From contig DATDWL010000004.1 in the NCBI GenBank assembly GCA_035289645.1, forward strand, positions 29,614 to 93,613: DNA of 64,000 bases. Reading direction: 5' to 3'. Every line of letters begins with the position of its first letter. Position 1 is the first letter of the stretch. Shown piece after piece: positions 55,681 to 64,000 of the stretch. The position numbers and the translations under genes were made by a program. Source of the stretch: Candidatus Peribacterales bacterium. GTDB taxonomy: Bacteria; Patescibacteriota; Gracilibacteria; Peribacterales; Peribacteraceae. A model generated the notes under the pieces. It was given only the letters and a program-made list of their open reading frames with translations. It ran no database searches and had not been told where the DNA came from.

Positions 55681-56199
55681 TCACATCCCCTCGTTGATTT
55701 TGACGATCCGTACCTTGCGAGCCTCGTCCCTCGGAACGAAAATCTTTAGGACATTATCGCGACTGAATGTGGCACGGACTTTGGCAGGATTCACCGTGCA
55801 CGGGAGAGTCACCTTGCGCTCAAAATCGCCAAAGTAGCATTCACGGAGGATGTACTGCGCATCATCAACGACATCGGTCTGCTCTCTGCGGCCACGGATC
55901 GTGACGACATTCTCCGCAACATCGATATCAAGATCCCCCAGTTTTACCCCTGCAATCGGCGTCCGAATGATGAAGTATCCATCTTCCTCGAAGATATCGA
56001 CGGCAATTTGGCCTTTTTTCAATTGAATCGAAGTGCCTTCCTCCGCAAGCACGCTGTCATCATCCAAAACGGGGATAGAGGAAACTTCCCGTTTTAAAGC
56101 CGAGGAAACTCCACCAAGATTGGATGATTGCTCTTTGAGGAGCGCGCCGAAGATACCGTGCATTCGCGAATTCGCCATAGCGTGGTCATAAGGGTACAC
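55681..56199 (-). CDS. Hsp20/alpha-crystallin small heat shock protein
   Basis: AVDIFE, IAGVK, TIRG.R, ECYFGDFER.V.LP..V, VLKI.VP. Confidence 0.9.
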   Translation of the reverse strand: MYPYDHAMANSRMHGIFGALLKEQSSNLGGVSSALKREVSSIPVLDDDSVLAEEGTSIQLKKGQIAVDIFEEDGYFIIRTPIAGVKLGDLDIDVAENVVTIRGRREQTDVVDDAQYILRECYFGDFERKVTLPCTVNPAKVRATFSRDNVLKIFVPRDEARKVRIVKINEGM

Positions 56200-56366
56200 A
56201 AAGAAGAACAGGCAAACAAGGCATTTTGAATGAACGAGGGCGAGTGGGTTATGATCGATGATGAAATGATGATGGAGTACGAGCGGAAGAAATCACACTG
56301 CACCATAGAATCTTTATTTCGGAAACTGGCGATGAGAGCATAAACCGCCGAAACTCTCGGCTATAC

Positions 56367-57662
56367 ATGAGCTTCTACGACGCATTCATTCTTGGCATCC
56401 TGCAGGGAATGATGGAATTCCTTCCCATCAGTTCCAGTGGCCACTTGGTGCTTATGGAGCGATACCTCGGACTCAGTCTTGCGCCGGATGTTCTTTTGCA
56501 CTTCGACATTGCGCTTCATGGGGGATCGTTTATTGCTCTCCTTCTGTACTTTGGGAAAACATGGCTCGCGATTCTCCGATCGCCGTTCAAGCGGCAAAAT
56601 GATGGAGGCCCACCACTCCTCTTCCTCCTTGTCATTGGAACGGTTCCTGTTGGTATCGCAGGGTTCTTCGGAATAGATTGGATTATCGAGAATACGCGTG
56701 GAGCGCTCTTTGTCGCATTCGGCTTTATTTTTACCGGCGCCTTTCTCATCCTTTCCTCTTGGTTCGAATCTCGCTTTGCCGCGCGGGAAGGATTCGGATG
56801 GAAACAGGTAATCGGAGCAGGCATTGGTCAGGCTATTGCTGTATTCCCCGGCTTCTCTCGTTCTGGCATAACCCTCGCAAGCGGTCGGTTTATGGGACTC
56901 ACGGCAAGGAGTGCCACCGAGCTTTCGTTCCTCCTTGGGACGCCAGCCCTCGCTGGCGCACTCATACTCAGTCTCGCCGAAGGCAAAGATATGCTCACGA
57001 TCGTTGGTTCACTCCAAGTTCTTATTGGATTCACCGCAAGCCTCTTTGTCAGCCTTGCAGTCATCCATCTCTTCCTCATGACCGTCCGACGCTTTGGCGT
57101 ATGGCTCTGGGCTGCATATCTTTTCGTCGCAGCCGTCCTTATCCTCGCGGATGAGATGTTGCCACTCATCACAGCGCTCCCCCACATTATGGACAAGGTG
57201 GATGTTCCGGTTGTTGCCGGGGTGATTTTTATTGCCATGCTGCTCTCCTCTGCACCTTTTACATCGTTCTTCGTACCAAGTGCCGCAACACTCGCTGCCG
57301 CAACACTTTTTTTCCGGAATGAACCCATGAATATTGTTGCAATGATTCCGATTGCCAGTGTTGGAATGATTTTAGGAAATCTCCTCGGCTACATTCCGGC
57401 ACGACAGGCTCGCATGGTGATTCGGTGGAGCGAAGATGCGGACGAGCGACTGACACGCATTCAACATTTTTTCCGTAAGTGGGGAATTGCCACAGTCATC
57501 ATTGGGGAATTCTCCGCCTTCCTCCGTCCATGGATTGCGATTGCGGCAGGCATCGGCAACATGCGCCCACTCCCGTATGTTCTCAGCATGATCGTAGGAT
57601 CCATCGCTCTTGTTTGTGGCATCATCGGTATCACTGCTGCTCTCGAAAAAGTTATCTTTTGA
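56367..57662 (+). CDS. uppP: Undecaprenyl-diphosphatase UppP/BacA fused to a C-terminal DedA-like domain
   Basis: LGILQG..EFLPISSSGHL, PGFSRSG.T; C-terminal FFVPS, GNLLGY, FF.KWG, LRP....AAG...M. Confidence 0.88.
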   Translation: MSFYDAFILGILQGMMEFLPISSSGHLVLMERYLGLSLAPDVLLHFDIALHGGSFIALLLYFGKTWLAILRSPFKRQNDGGPPLLFLLVIGTVPVGIAGFFGIDWIIENTRGALFVAFGFIFTGAFLILSSWFESRFAAREGFGWKQVIGAGIGQAIAVFPGFSRSGITLASGRFMGLTARSATELSFLLGTPALAGALILSLAEGKDMLTIVGSLQVLIGFTASLFVSLAVIHLFLMTVRRFGVWLWAAYLFVAAVLILADEMLPLITALPHIMDKVDVPVVAGVIFIAMLLSSAPFTSFFVPSAATLAAATLFFRNEPMNIVAMIPIASVGMILGNLLGYIPARQARMVIRWSEDADERLTRIQHFFRKWGIATVIIGEFSAFLRPWIAIAAGIGNMRPLPYVLSMIVGSIALVCGIIGITAALEKVIF

Positions 57663-57765
57663 TATTGATTGAATAGATTATTATTACGCCCTTACTCAAC
57701 ATTCCTAGCCTACCAAACCTACTTAGCTCAATTCACCTCCCTAATCCCAGCCCTACCCCCACTTC

Positions 57766-59607
57766 ATGCCCCTCCTCCATCCGCGCTCCATCGTCATCCT
57801 CGACTTCGGCGGGCAGTATGCGCACCTCATTGGGAACCGTGTGCGCAAGCTCGGAGCGTTTTCGGAAATCCATGATCCGGAAATCTCCGCAACCGAACTG
57901 AAAGGCGCTGCCGGCATTATCCTCTCCGGCGGTCCGCAGAGCGTGTATGACCCGAACTCGCCAAAAACAGATCCAAAAATTTTTGACCTTGGCATCCCCG
58001 TCCTCGGCATCTGCTACGGCCACCAGTGGATGGCGCAGGCACTCGGCGGCGAAGTACATGAAGGAAAAATGAAGGAGTACGGCTACAGTGAAATTCAAAT
58101 AGTGGAAAAGGGTGGCGCACTCTTCGATGGACTCAAGACTGATTTTACCGTCTGGATGTCACATGGGGATGAAGTCACCAGACTTCCCGCAGGATTTGTA
58201 AAAACAGCGACTTCGGAGATCTGCACTATCGCCGCAATGGCCGATGAAAAGCGAAAATTCTTCGGTGTGCAATTTCATCCGGAAGTCGCACACACCGAAA
58301 ACGGATTGGAGATTCTTCGGAGGTTTCTTGATTACTGTAATGCAGCCCACTGGGAACTGAGTAACGTGCTCGATCATCTGGAAAAAGAGATTGAAGCAGA
58401 AACAAAAGGCCGCAATGTCTTCATCCTAGTTTCCGGCGGCGTAGATTCCACCGTGGCATTCGCCCTGCTCAATAAGACACTGGGGGTCGATCGTGTGTAC
58501 GGCCTCCTCATCGATCACGGACTCATGCGTAAAGGGGAAATGCACGAAATCGCAGATTCATTCGCAGAGCTCGGATTCACCAATCTCCATATCGAGGATG
58601 CTTCCGCGCAATTTCTGGAGAAGTTGAAGGGGATCACGGATCCCGAACAGAAGCGTCAACTCATTGGTGATACGTTTCTGGCGGTACAAGCGGAAGTGGC
58701 GAAACGCCTCAATTTGGATGGACCCCAATGGATGCTCGGACAGGGAACAATTTATCCCGATACCATCGAAACCGGCGGCACCAAACATGCCGATCATATT
58801 AAAACCCACCACAACCGCGTCGCAGCAATCGAAAAAATGATCGCGGAGAAAAGAGTGATAGAGCCGCTGAAGGAACTGTATAAAGATGAAGTGAGGGTTG
58901 TCGGCGAAAGCCTCGGACTCCCGCACCACCTCGTGCATCGGCATCCGTTTCCGGGACCCGGTCTTGGGGTACGCATCCTCTGCGCTCAAAAACCATCACC
59001 GCTTACGAAGAAGGAAGAAGATGAGATTGCCGTCGATTCAAAAATCTATGTCTTCCGTTCCCTTCCCATCCTCTCTGTTGGAGTACAGGGTGATAGCAGA
59101 AGCTACAAACATCCACTTGCCGTCTTCCTCCAAAAACCATTTTCGGATCTCCGTTCTATACACGGACTTGCAACGGCAATCCCCAACACCCACAAACAGA
59201 TTAATCGAGTTCTCGTTTGTGTTTCCCATCAGAAGGTTCCGGAATTCATCTTCACGCCCACCACAATCACCCGTGATCTCGCAGAGACGCTGCGCGAGGC
59301 AGATCACATTGTGAGTCGAGAAATGCGTGAAGAGGGATTGGAGGATAAGATCTGGCAATTTCCGGTTATCCTGATCCCCATTGGAGTAAAAAAAGAGGGA
59401 CGACTTGCCGGCTGCAGCTCGACGAGCGAAGGCCGGTCAATTGTGCTCCGCCCAGTGGAATCGCAGGAAGCCATGACGGCAAATGCATTCCACTTGACCG
59501 AAAAGTTCCTCGTGCGCGTGACGAAGAAAATCCTCGAAATCGAGGGGATTGATATGGTGTTTTATGACGTCACGAATAAGCCGCCCGCAACAATTGAGTG
59601 GGAATAA
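57766..59607 (+). CDS. guaA: GMP synthase (glutamine-hydrolysing)
   Basis: ILDFGGQY, LGICYG, QFHPEV, SGGVDS, IKTHHN, RHPFPGPGL, KPPATIEWE. Confidence 0.97.
   Translation: MPLLHPRSIVILDFGGQYAHLIGNRVRKLGAFSEIHDPEISATELKGAAGIILSGGPQSVYDPNSPKTDPKIFDLGIPVLGICYGHQWMAQALGGEVHEGKMKEYGYSEIQIVEKGGALFDGLKTDFTVWMSHGDEVTRLPAGFVKTATSEICTIAAMADEKRKFFGVQFHPEVAHTENGLEILRRFLDYCNAAHWELSNVLDHLEKEIEAETKGRNVFILVSGGVDSTVAFALLNKTLGVDRVYGLLIDHGLMRKGEMHEIADSFAELGFTNLHIEDASAQFLEKLKGITDPEQKRQLIGDTFLAVQAEVAKRLNLDGPQWMLGQGTIYPDTIETGGTKHADHIKTHHNRVAAIEKMIAEKRVIEPLKELYKDEVRVVGESLGLPHHLVHRHPFPGPGLGVRILCAQKPSPLTKKEEDEIAVDSKIYVFRSLPILSVGVQGDSRSYKHPLAVFLQKPFSDLRSIHGLATAIPNTHKQINRVLVCVSHQKVPEFIFTPTTITRDLAETLREADHIVSREMREEGLEDKIWQFPVILIPIGVKKEGRLAGCSSTSEGRSIVLRPVESQEAMTANAFHLTEKFLVRVTKKILEIEGIDMVFYDVTNKPPATIEWE
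59404..59436 (+). repeat. 33-bp micro-element in frame in guaA
   Basis: cttgccggctgcagctcgacgagcgaaggccgg resembles 49391-49420; removing it gives EGR|SIVLRPVES. Confidence 0.65.
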
Positions 59608-59698
59608 ACATTGTTGAGCATAATGACAAGCAAAGCAGTCCTTCGGCACTCCACAGGCGCTACCAAGCCATCCAGTTTCCGCTACAATAGTTGCCACT

Positions 59699-60730
59699 GT
59701 GGCACTGCTACGCACCACTTCCGCAACACGCGGTAAAACCGGAATCCTTGGCGCCGTTGCCATCATCGAACGCGATGGAAAAATCTTGCTGCAGCGACGA
59801 CGAGAGCACATTGCAGATTCCGGAACATGGGTGCTGCCGGGTGGCGCATGCAGAAAGGGGGAAGAAACCCGCGATGCGCTGGTGAGAGTCTGTGCAGAAG
59901 AACTTGGCGTGAGCGTACGGCCGAGCAAGGAAATTGGAATCATGATGGTGGCAGAGACCGCCTGCCCGGTTTGGCATGTGATTTGGAAGGGTGAAGAAAT
60001 AAAGTTTGTTGGAAAAGATACCGTTGGCATTGGATGGTTTACACCGGAGGAGCTTTTAGAACTCGAGCCTGTGCGTGAACAAGAAGCCGTGCGAACATTT
60101 TTAGAGGAGAACCAATCCCTCCAGAGTATTATTGCGGGAGCCTCACACCATGTGCATACGGAAGAACAGAAGGTGGAGCACGCTAAAATTCTTACGCTCG
60201 TTTCTAAAGCAAAAGAAGGAAACCATGAGGCATTCGCTGAAATTTACGATGCCTACGTGACCCCTATTCATCGCTACGTTGCGTTCCGCCTTCCTCCTGC
60301 AGTTGTGGAAGACATTGTCGCCGATGTCTTCGTGAAGGCATGGGAGAAACTCGATTCATTTCAAGAACGGAAAAATATCCCCTTCAGCTCGTGGTTGTTC
60401 CGTATTGCAAAACACGTCGTCATCGATTCCTATAGGACACAGAAGGAGGTTGTTGAGCTTGATGAGTTCCACATTGATGAGGATCGATGGAACGATCCCG
60501 CACTCAAAATTACGCAGGATGTTCAGGGCATCCTTTTGCGACAGGCAATGAATAAGCTGCCGCATCGCTACCGCGAAGTCCTACTCCTCTCTTTTATGAG
60601 CGGTCTTGATCATGCGGAGATTGCACGGACGATGCGCTCCCGTGAAGGAAGTGTGAGGATTTTAAAACACAGAGCATTAAAGAAATTGGGGGAGCTCTTA
60701 CCTGCGTCTATGAGAGAAGAGCTGCCATAG
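59699..60730 (+). CDS. Nudix domain fused to an ECF sigma factor
   Basis: W.LPGG....GE....A..R...EELG, then sigma2 (EDIVADVF.KAW, FSSWLFRIA) and sigma4 (LP.RYREV..L....GL...EIA). Confidence 0.88.
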   Translation: MALLRTTSATRGKTGILGAVAIIERDGKILLQRRREHIADSGTWVLPGGACRKGEETRDALVRVCAEELGVSVRPSKEIGIMMVAETACPVWHVIWKGEEIKFVGKDTVGIGWFTPEELLELEPVREQEAVRTFLEENQSLQSIIAGASHHVHTEEQKVEHAKILTLVSKAKEGNHEAFAEIYDAYVTPIHRYVAFRLPPAVVEDIVADVFVKAWEKLDSFQERKNIPFSSWLFRIAKHVVIDSYRTQKEVVELDEFHIDEDRWNDPALKITQDVQGILLRQAMNKLPHRYREVLLLSFMSGLDHAEIARTMRSREGSVRILKHRALKKLGELLPASMREELP

Positions 60731-60734
60731 ACGG

Positions 60735-60917
60735 ATGATGTGCGGAGATGATGTAAGGAAGGTAACGGAAGTAAGGTAAGTAACGGAAGTAAGGAAAATA
60801 AAGAACAGAACGAAAATCTCCTCCGTCCCACCTTCGTTACTCCCCCTACCCCCCTTACTCCCTCTACCTCGCCTACCTCCCTTACCGCATTTACCTCCGT
60901 TACCTTTCCTCACCTCC
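60735..60917. repeat. Inverted pair of 9-mer tandem arrays
   Basis: gtaaggaag gtaacggaa gtaaggtaa gtaacggaa gtaaggaaa ... about ten (t/c)tac-containing pyrimidine-rich 9-mers. Confidence 0.8.
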
Positions 60918-61005
60918 TGAATACAAAAAAGCCTCAAGAATCCCGACTTTCCCTGTAACGATCCCCCATCCGTTCCGTTTTACCCATCGCAAGAGCTCTC
61001 GAAAA

Positions 61006-62937
61006 ATGCCACGAGAACACCTCCTCGAGCGACATGCAAAAACCGCTTCACCAAGCGGAAAATCTCGCATGCGTGCTGAAGTATTGCAGCGCATCGAGGG
61101 AAGGCTCCTCACGAGCCTTGCCTCACGGCATTCATTAGATGAAAACAGATTGAAGCAAGCCATTCTCTCTCGCATTACCTCCCGCGGTACGGAGCGAGCG
61201 CTCCGTGATGTACGGACGATCTTCAGCCCATCATTTGCCCGCATGATGGAGCTCCGTGCGACAATCCTCGAACGCATCATCGATTGGCAACCCATTCCCA
61301 TCCCCCTTTGGCAAAGAGCGATGAGACCTCTTGCTGTGGCTGCGCTCTTTTTGTGCGTACTTCGCCTTGCACCGATCCCATTCCTCGCCACTCCGATTCA
61401 AGCCTCTTCAGAATCATTGCTGATGCCGACACAGGGAACAGTCTCTCTCACGGATGGCGCCGAGTGGAGCATCGTGACAGAAGAGCTCCCGCTGACTGAA
61501 TCTGTCACTCTGCGCACCGGTCCCGAAAGTGCGGCAACAATTGTCACGCGGGATACCATCATTCGCTTGGGAGAAAATGCAGAAATTACTTTAGGGCAAG
61601 CAGCGTTCGATTCCCATGTCCCAGGTCCGATCGCGCGTCTTGCTTACGGCGAAGCATGGGTCTCTGGCTTTTTGCCGGAGGCGCTCCTTTCTGGAATCAC
61701 GATTACGCTTCCCCAAGGCACCTTGGCGCTCAAGGAAGGAAGCGTGAGTATTCTTGCCGATCCGCAGCAAAGTACTGTGCAAGTCTTTGATCGCTATGCG
61801 CGGGTATTGCCGACCGGCGAAGAACCTATTCATCTCATCCAAGGAGATCAGCTTGTCTTGCTTCCAGATAGTAAAACACAGCGCCACCTCATTACTCCTG
61901 CCATGCAGAGGGAAGAATGGGTTCGCGAAAATCTCGCGCGCGATGCCTCACACAGGATCGAAATCGTCGAAAAGAGGCACCACGATGCGGAAACGGTTGC
62001 CGGCATTCTGCCGGATTCCGCATTCTACCTTCTGAAAATCGCTTCCGAGAACATCGATCTTGGACTCACTATCGGCAGCAAGGCTCGACAGGAAAAGCGT
62101 CTGCAGCATGCTGCAACCAGAATGAACGAAGCTGTCGCGCTCTTAAAGGCAGGCAAAAAAGAGGAGGCAAAACTACCGCTCGAAGCCTACAAAGAAGCAA
62201 TTCGCTCACTCGCCTCCGTGAGCGAAGATGAAGCCAAGGCACTCCTTGCGGAAACAATCGTGCTGTCGACAAGCGCTGTCTCCGACGCTCTCCCCCATTC
62301 CGATCTCTTCATTGCAAAAGAAGCCGCTCTCGAAACAGCTGCAGAAACAAATACCGCCGAGATTGCCGTTACCGATGTTGATCTATATCTCTTAAGCGAT
62401 GCCCTGCTCGAAATCGAGAGCCTCGTGACACAGGGAAGAATCACAGAAGCAAATATCGCATGGAACGGTATCGAAGGAGCTGTAGCAAGCGTGATCGATA
62501 ACCAACGATTAGGGGAAATGATTATCGAAAAAGATTCTCTGAAGGCTACGAAAACTATCCTTCGCTCCATTGCACTCAGCCTCACGCAGGCGGAAGAGAT
62601 CGTCCAAGGGAAACAGGCTGATCTTTTGGCAACGCTCCGCACAAGGATCGAGCACCTCTCCCCATTGCCAACGCCGATCTCAGTCGCCTCCATCCCACAA
62701 TTAACCGGCCCCTGCATGACGCTCCAGGATATTACGCGACAAACGAATCAGTTCCTTGCAGCAGTCTTCACCTACCAAACTTCCCGCGCACAAAGGAATG
62801 CAGTCCTGCAACAAATTGCGCTTCTCCCAGATTGTCCAGAGAGCGGCAGAGTCCTTTCCAAAGTAATGAACAAAGTACCAGTATTTACGCGAAGCTTCGT
62901 GTGGGAAGCTCTCCAAAAAACAGGAACCGACATCTAA
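61006..62937 (+). CDS. Putative anti-sigma factor (TM, FecR-like beta region, DUF5667-like domain)
   Basis: Follows the ECF gene; single TM; LRTGPESAA.I......IRLGENAEI; GILPDS.FY.LK...E.I...L. Confidence 0.65.
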   Translation: MPREHLLERHAKTASPSGKSRMRAEVLQRIEGRLLTSLASRHSLDENRLKQAILSRITSRGTERALRDVRTIFSPSFARMMELRATILERIIDWQPIPIPLWQRAMRPLAVAALFLCVLRLAPIPFLATPIQASSESLLMPTQGTVSLTDGAEWSIVTEELPLTESVTLRTGPESAATIVTRDTIIRLGENAEITLGQAAFDSHVPGPIARLAYGEAWVSGFLPEALLSGITITLPQGTLALKEGSVSILADPQQSTVQVFDRYARVLPTGEEPIHLIQGDQLVLLPDSKTQRHLITPAMQREEWVRENLARDASHRIEIVEKRHHDAETVAGILPDSAFYLLKIASENIDLGLTIGSKARQEKRLQHAATRMNEAVALLKAGKKEEAKLPLEAYKEAIRSLASVSEDEAKALLAETIVLSTSAVSDALPHSDLFIAKEAALETAAETNTAEIAVTDVDLYLLSDALLEIESLVTQGRITEANIAWNGIEGAVASVIDNQRLGEMIIEKDSLKATKTILRSIALSLTQAEEIVQGKQADLLATLRTRIEHLSPLPTPISVASIPQLTGPCMTLQDITRQTNQFLAAVFTYQTSRAQRNAVLQQIALLPDCPESGRVLSKVMNKVPVFTRSFVWEALQKTGTDI

Positions 62938-62938
62938 T

Positions 62939-63544
62939 ATGCCTCCCATTAACCACCAAGTAAGGCTTGTCATGAATAGGCTCGCACCTTGGATAATGAG
63001 CGTCGTTGCTTTCATGGCGGGCGCAAGAGTCCTGAAGCATTGGGGCTTCGGCGACATCATCGGCTTTCCCGGAGCGGCTTTCATTGGCATTGACAATCGG
63101 GGGTTCGACGAGACTTTTACAGCCCAGTTTATTACTGCACTTCTCCTCACATGGATGTTTGTGCTTCCCCGTTCTTCCATTGTTGCTTCGCTGGGAGTTC
63201 TTATCGCATCAGCACCGGTTCTACGGTGCTACTTTGGGCAGATAGACTGCGATTTTGGCATTGTGTTGTTCCCCATCTACAGTCTTGCGATTATCGGGTG
63301 TTACCGTCTCCGCAAGGATATCTCAAAGGAGAAGTGGTACGTTGGCTCCATCGCGCTTGGCATTGCTCCGCTGGCAATTGTCTTCCCGCTCACATTGCTT
63401 GCTTTAAACACAATGGGTGGTCTCTCACTGTTTGGAGAGTCCGCTAATGTGCTGATCCCGGTTGGGGCAGTAGCTTGGTTCGTCACCTCGATCTTCTGGA
63501 ATGTACAGACCCGGAGAAAACGATCCGAGACATTGTTACGGTAA
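62939..63544 (+). CDS. Hypothetical membrane protein
   Basis: 201-aa hydrophobic ORF starting right after the upstream stop. Confidence 0.65.
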   Translation: MPPINHQVRLVMNRLAPWIMSVVAFMAGARVLKHWGFGDIIGFPGAAFIGIDNRGFDETFTAQFITALLLTWMFVLPRSSIVASLGVLIASAPVLRCYFGQIDCDFGIVLFPIYSLAIIGCYRLRKDISKEKWYVGSIALGIAPLAIVFPLTLLALNTMGGLSLFGESANVLIPVGAVAWFVTSIFWNVQTRRKRSETLLR

Positions 63545-64000
63545 CAATAACTCCGCAAGGTCGACTAGCCATTCATCTAGCCGCACCGCTGACAGAAAAA
63601 TGATGCAAAAGACTATCATGCAAGAGTGTATGAGAGAGTATCCGATAACGGACGGCGTGATCGCAAATCGAGCGGTGAGTAGAAGTCTCTTCCAAACTGA
63701 CCAAATAGACTCTCGGAAATATGTTCAATAGAACTCAGAAGAATGACGCTTTTTTGCAGTCGATATGATTTTTTTAAAATAGGTTCAAAGATCCCCGCTC
63801 ATTTTGAGAGCTTCTTTATAGAACACACGATTTTCCCTTTTAGAATCCAATGGGATACCCATTGTGTTGCGCAACGATGAGCACGGCGAACGCTGCCTGA
63901 AGCAACGGAATAATATGGAGCGTCACGCGATGGATAGGAGAAAGAGCAGCGATCTGCTTATGGGATGAAGTGATGTTCATATTGGTGTTGGAATACTTTC

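Noticed and set aside
1-64000. Alternative genetic code (UGA read as Gly, as in Gracilibacteria)
   Set aside because: Conserved genes are full length under the standard code and several end at TGA in expected positions, for example proS after AKAY.
63545-64000. Gene at the right window edge
   Set aside because: Only a short open minus-strand frame ending near 63840, with no recognisable motif.

Overview
This is a 64-kb chromosomal segment of mostly housekeeping genes: pyrD/pyrK, typA, comEC, proS, rnhA, recO, galU, glgP, rlmH, wecB, gpmI, hup, topA, rpmH-rnpA-yidC-jag, fumC, secDF, uppP, guaA and tRNA-Glu. Gene content and style suggest a Patescibacteria/CPR bacterium, probably Peribacteria/Peregrinibacteria. 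That assignment is an inference. The standard bacterial code is used. The most striking signal is a dispersed family of small palindromic elements (about 15 arms). Each arm is a covarying 4-5 bp stem, then GAGCG, a variable hairpin, AGTCGA and the closing stem. One pair of arms brackets a stand-alone 86-aa GIY-YIG nuclease gene as a 421-bp cassette with 15-bp perfect terminal inverted repeats (25724-26144). Empty arm pairs, single arms and nested derivatives occur between genes and inside intact ORFs (pyrK, O-antigen ligase, wecB, rnpA, fumC, an NDP-sugar pyrophosphorylase). A second 18-44 bp micro-element (CCTGCCC...GGG) is inserted precisely into these arms, into a duplicated tRNA-Glu fragment and in frame into guaA. 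Also noted: inverted 6-9-mer tandem arrays, a RAYT-like transposase with no flanking REPs, a Nudix-ECF sigma fusion with a likely anti-sigma partner, a shared RE.RLIF.DV N-terminal motif on two orphan proteins, a tRNA-Glu mini-island, and many -10 boxes placed 6-10 nt before start codons. All calls come from reading the sequence by eye. No database searches were run.
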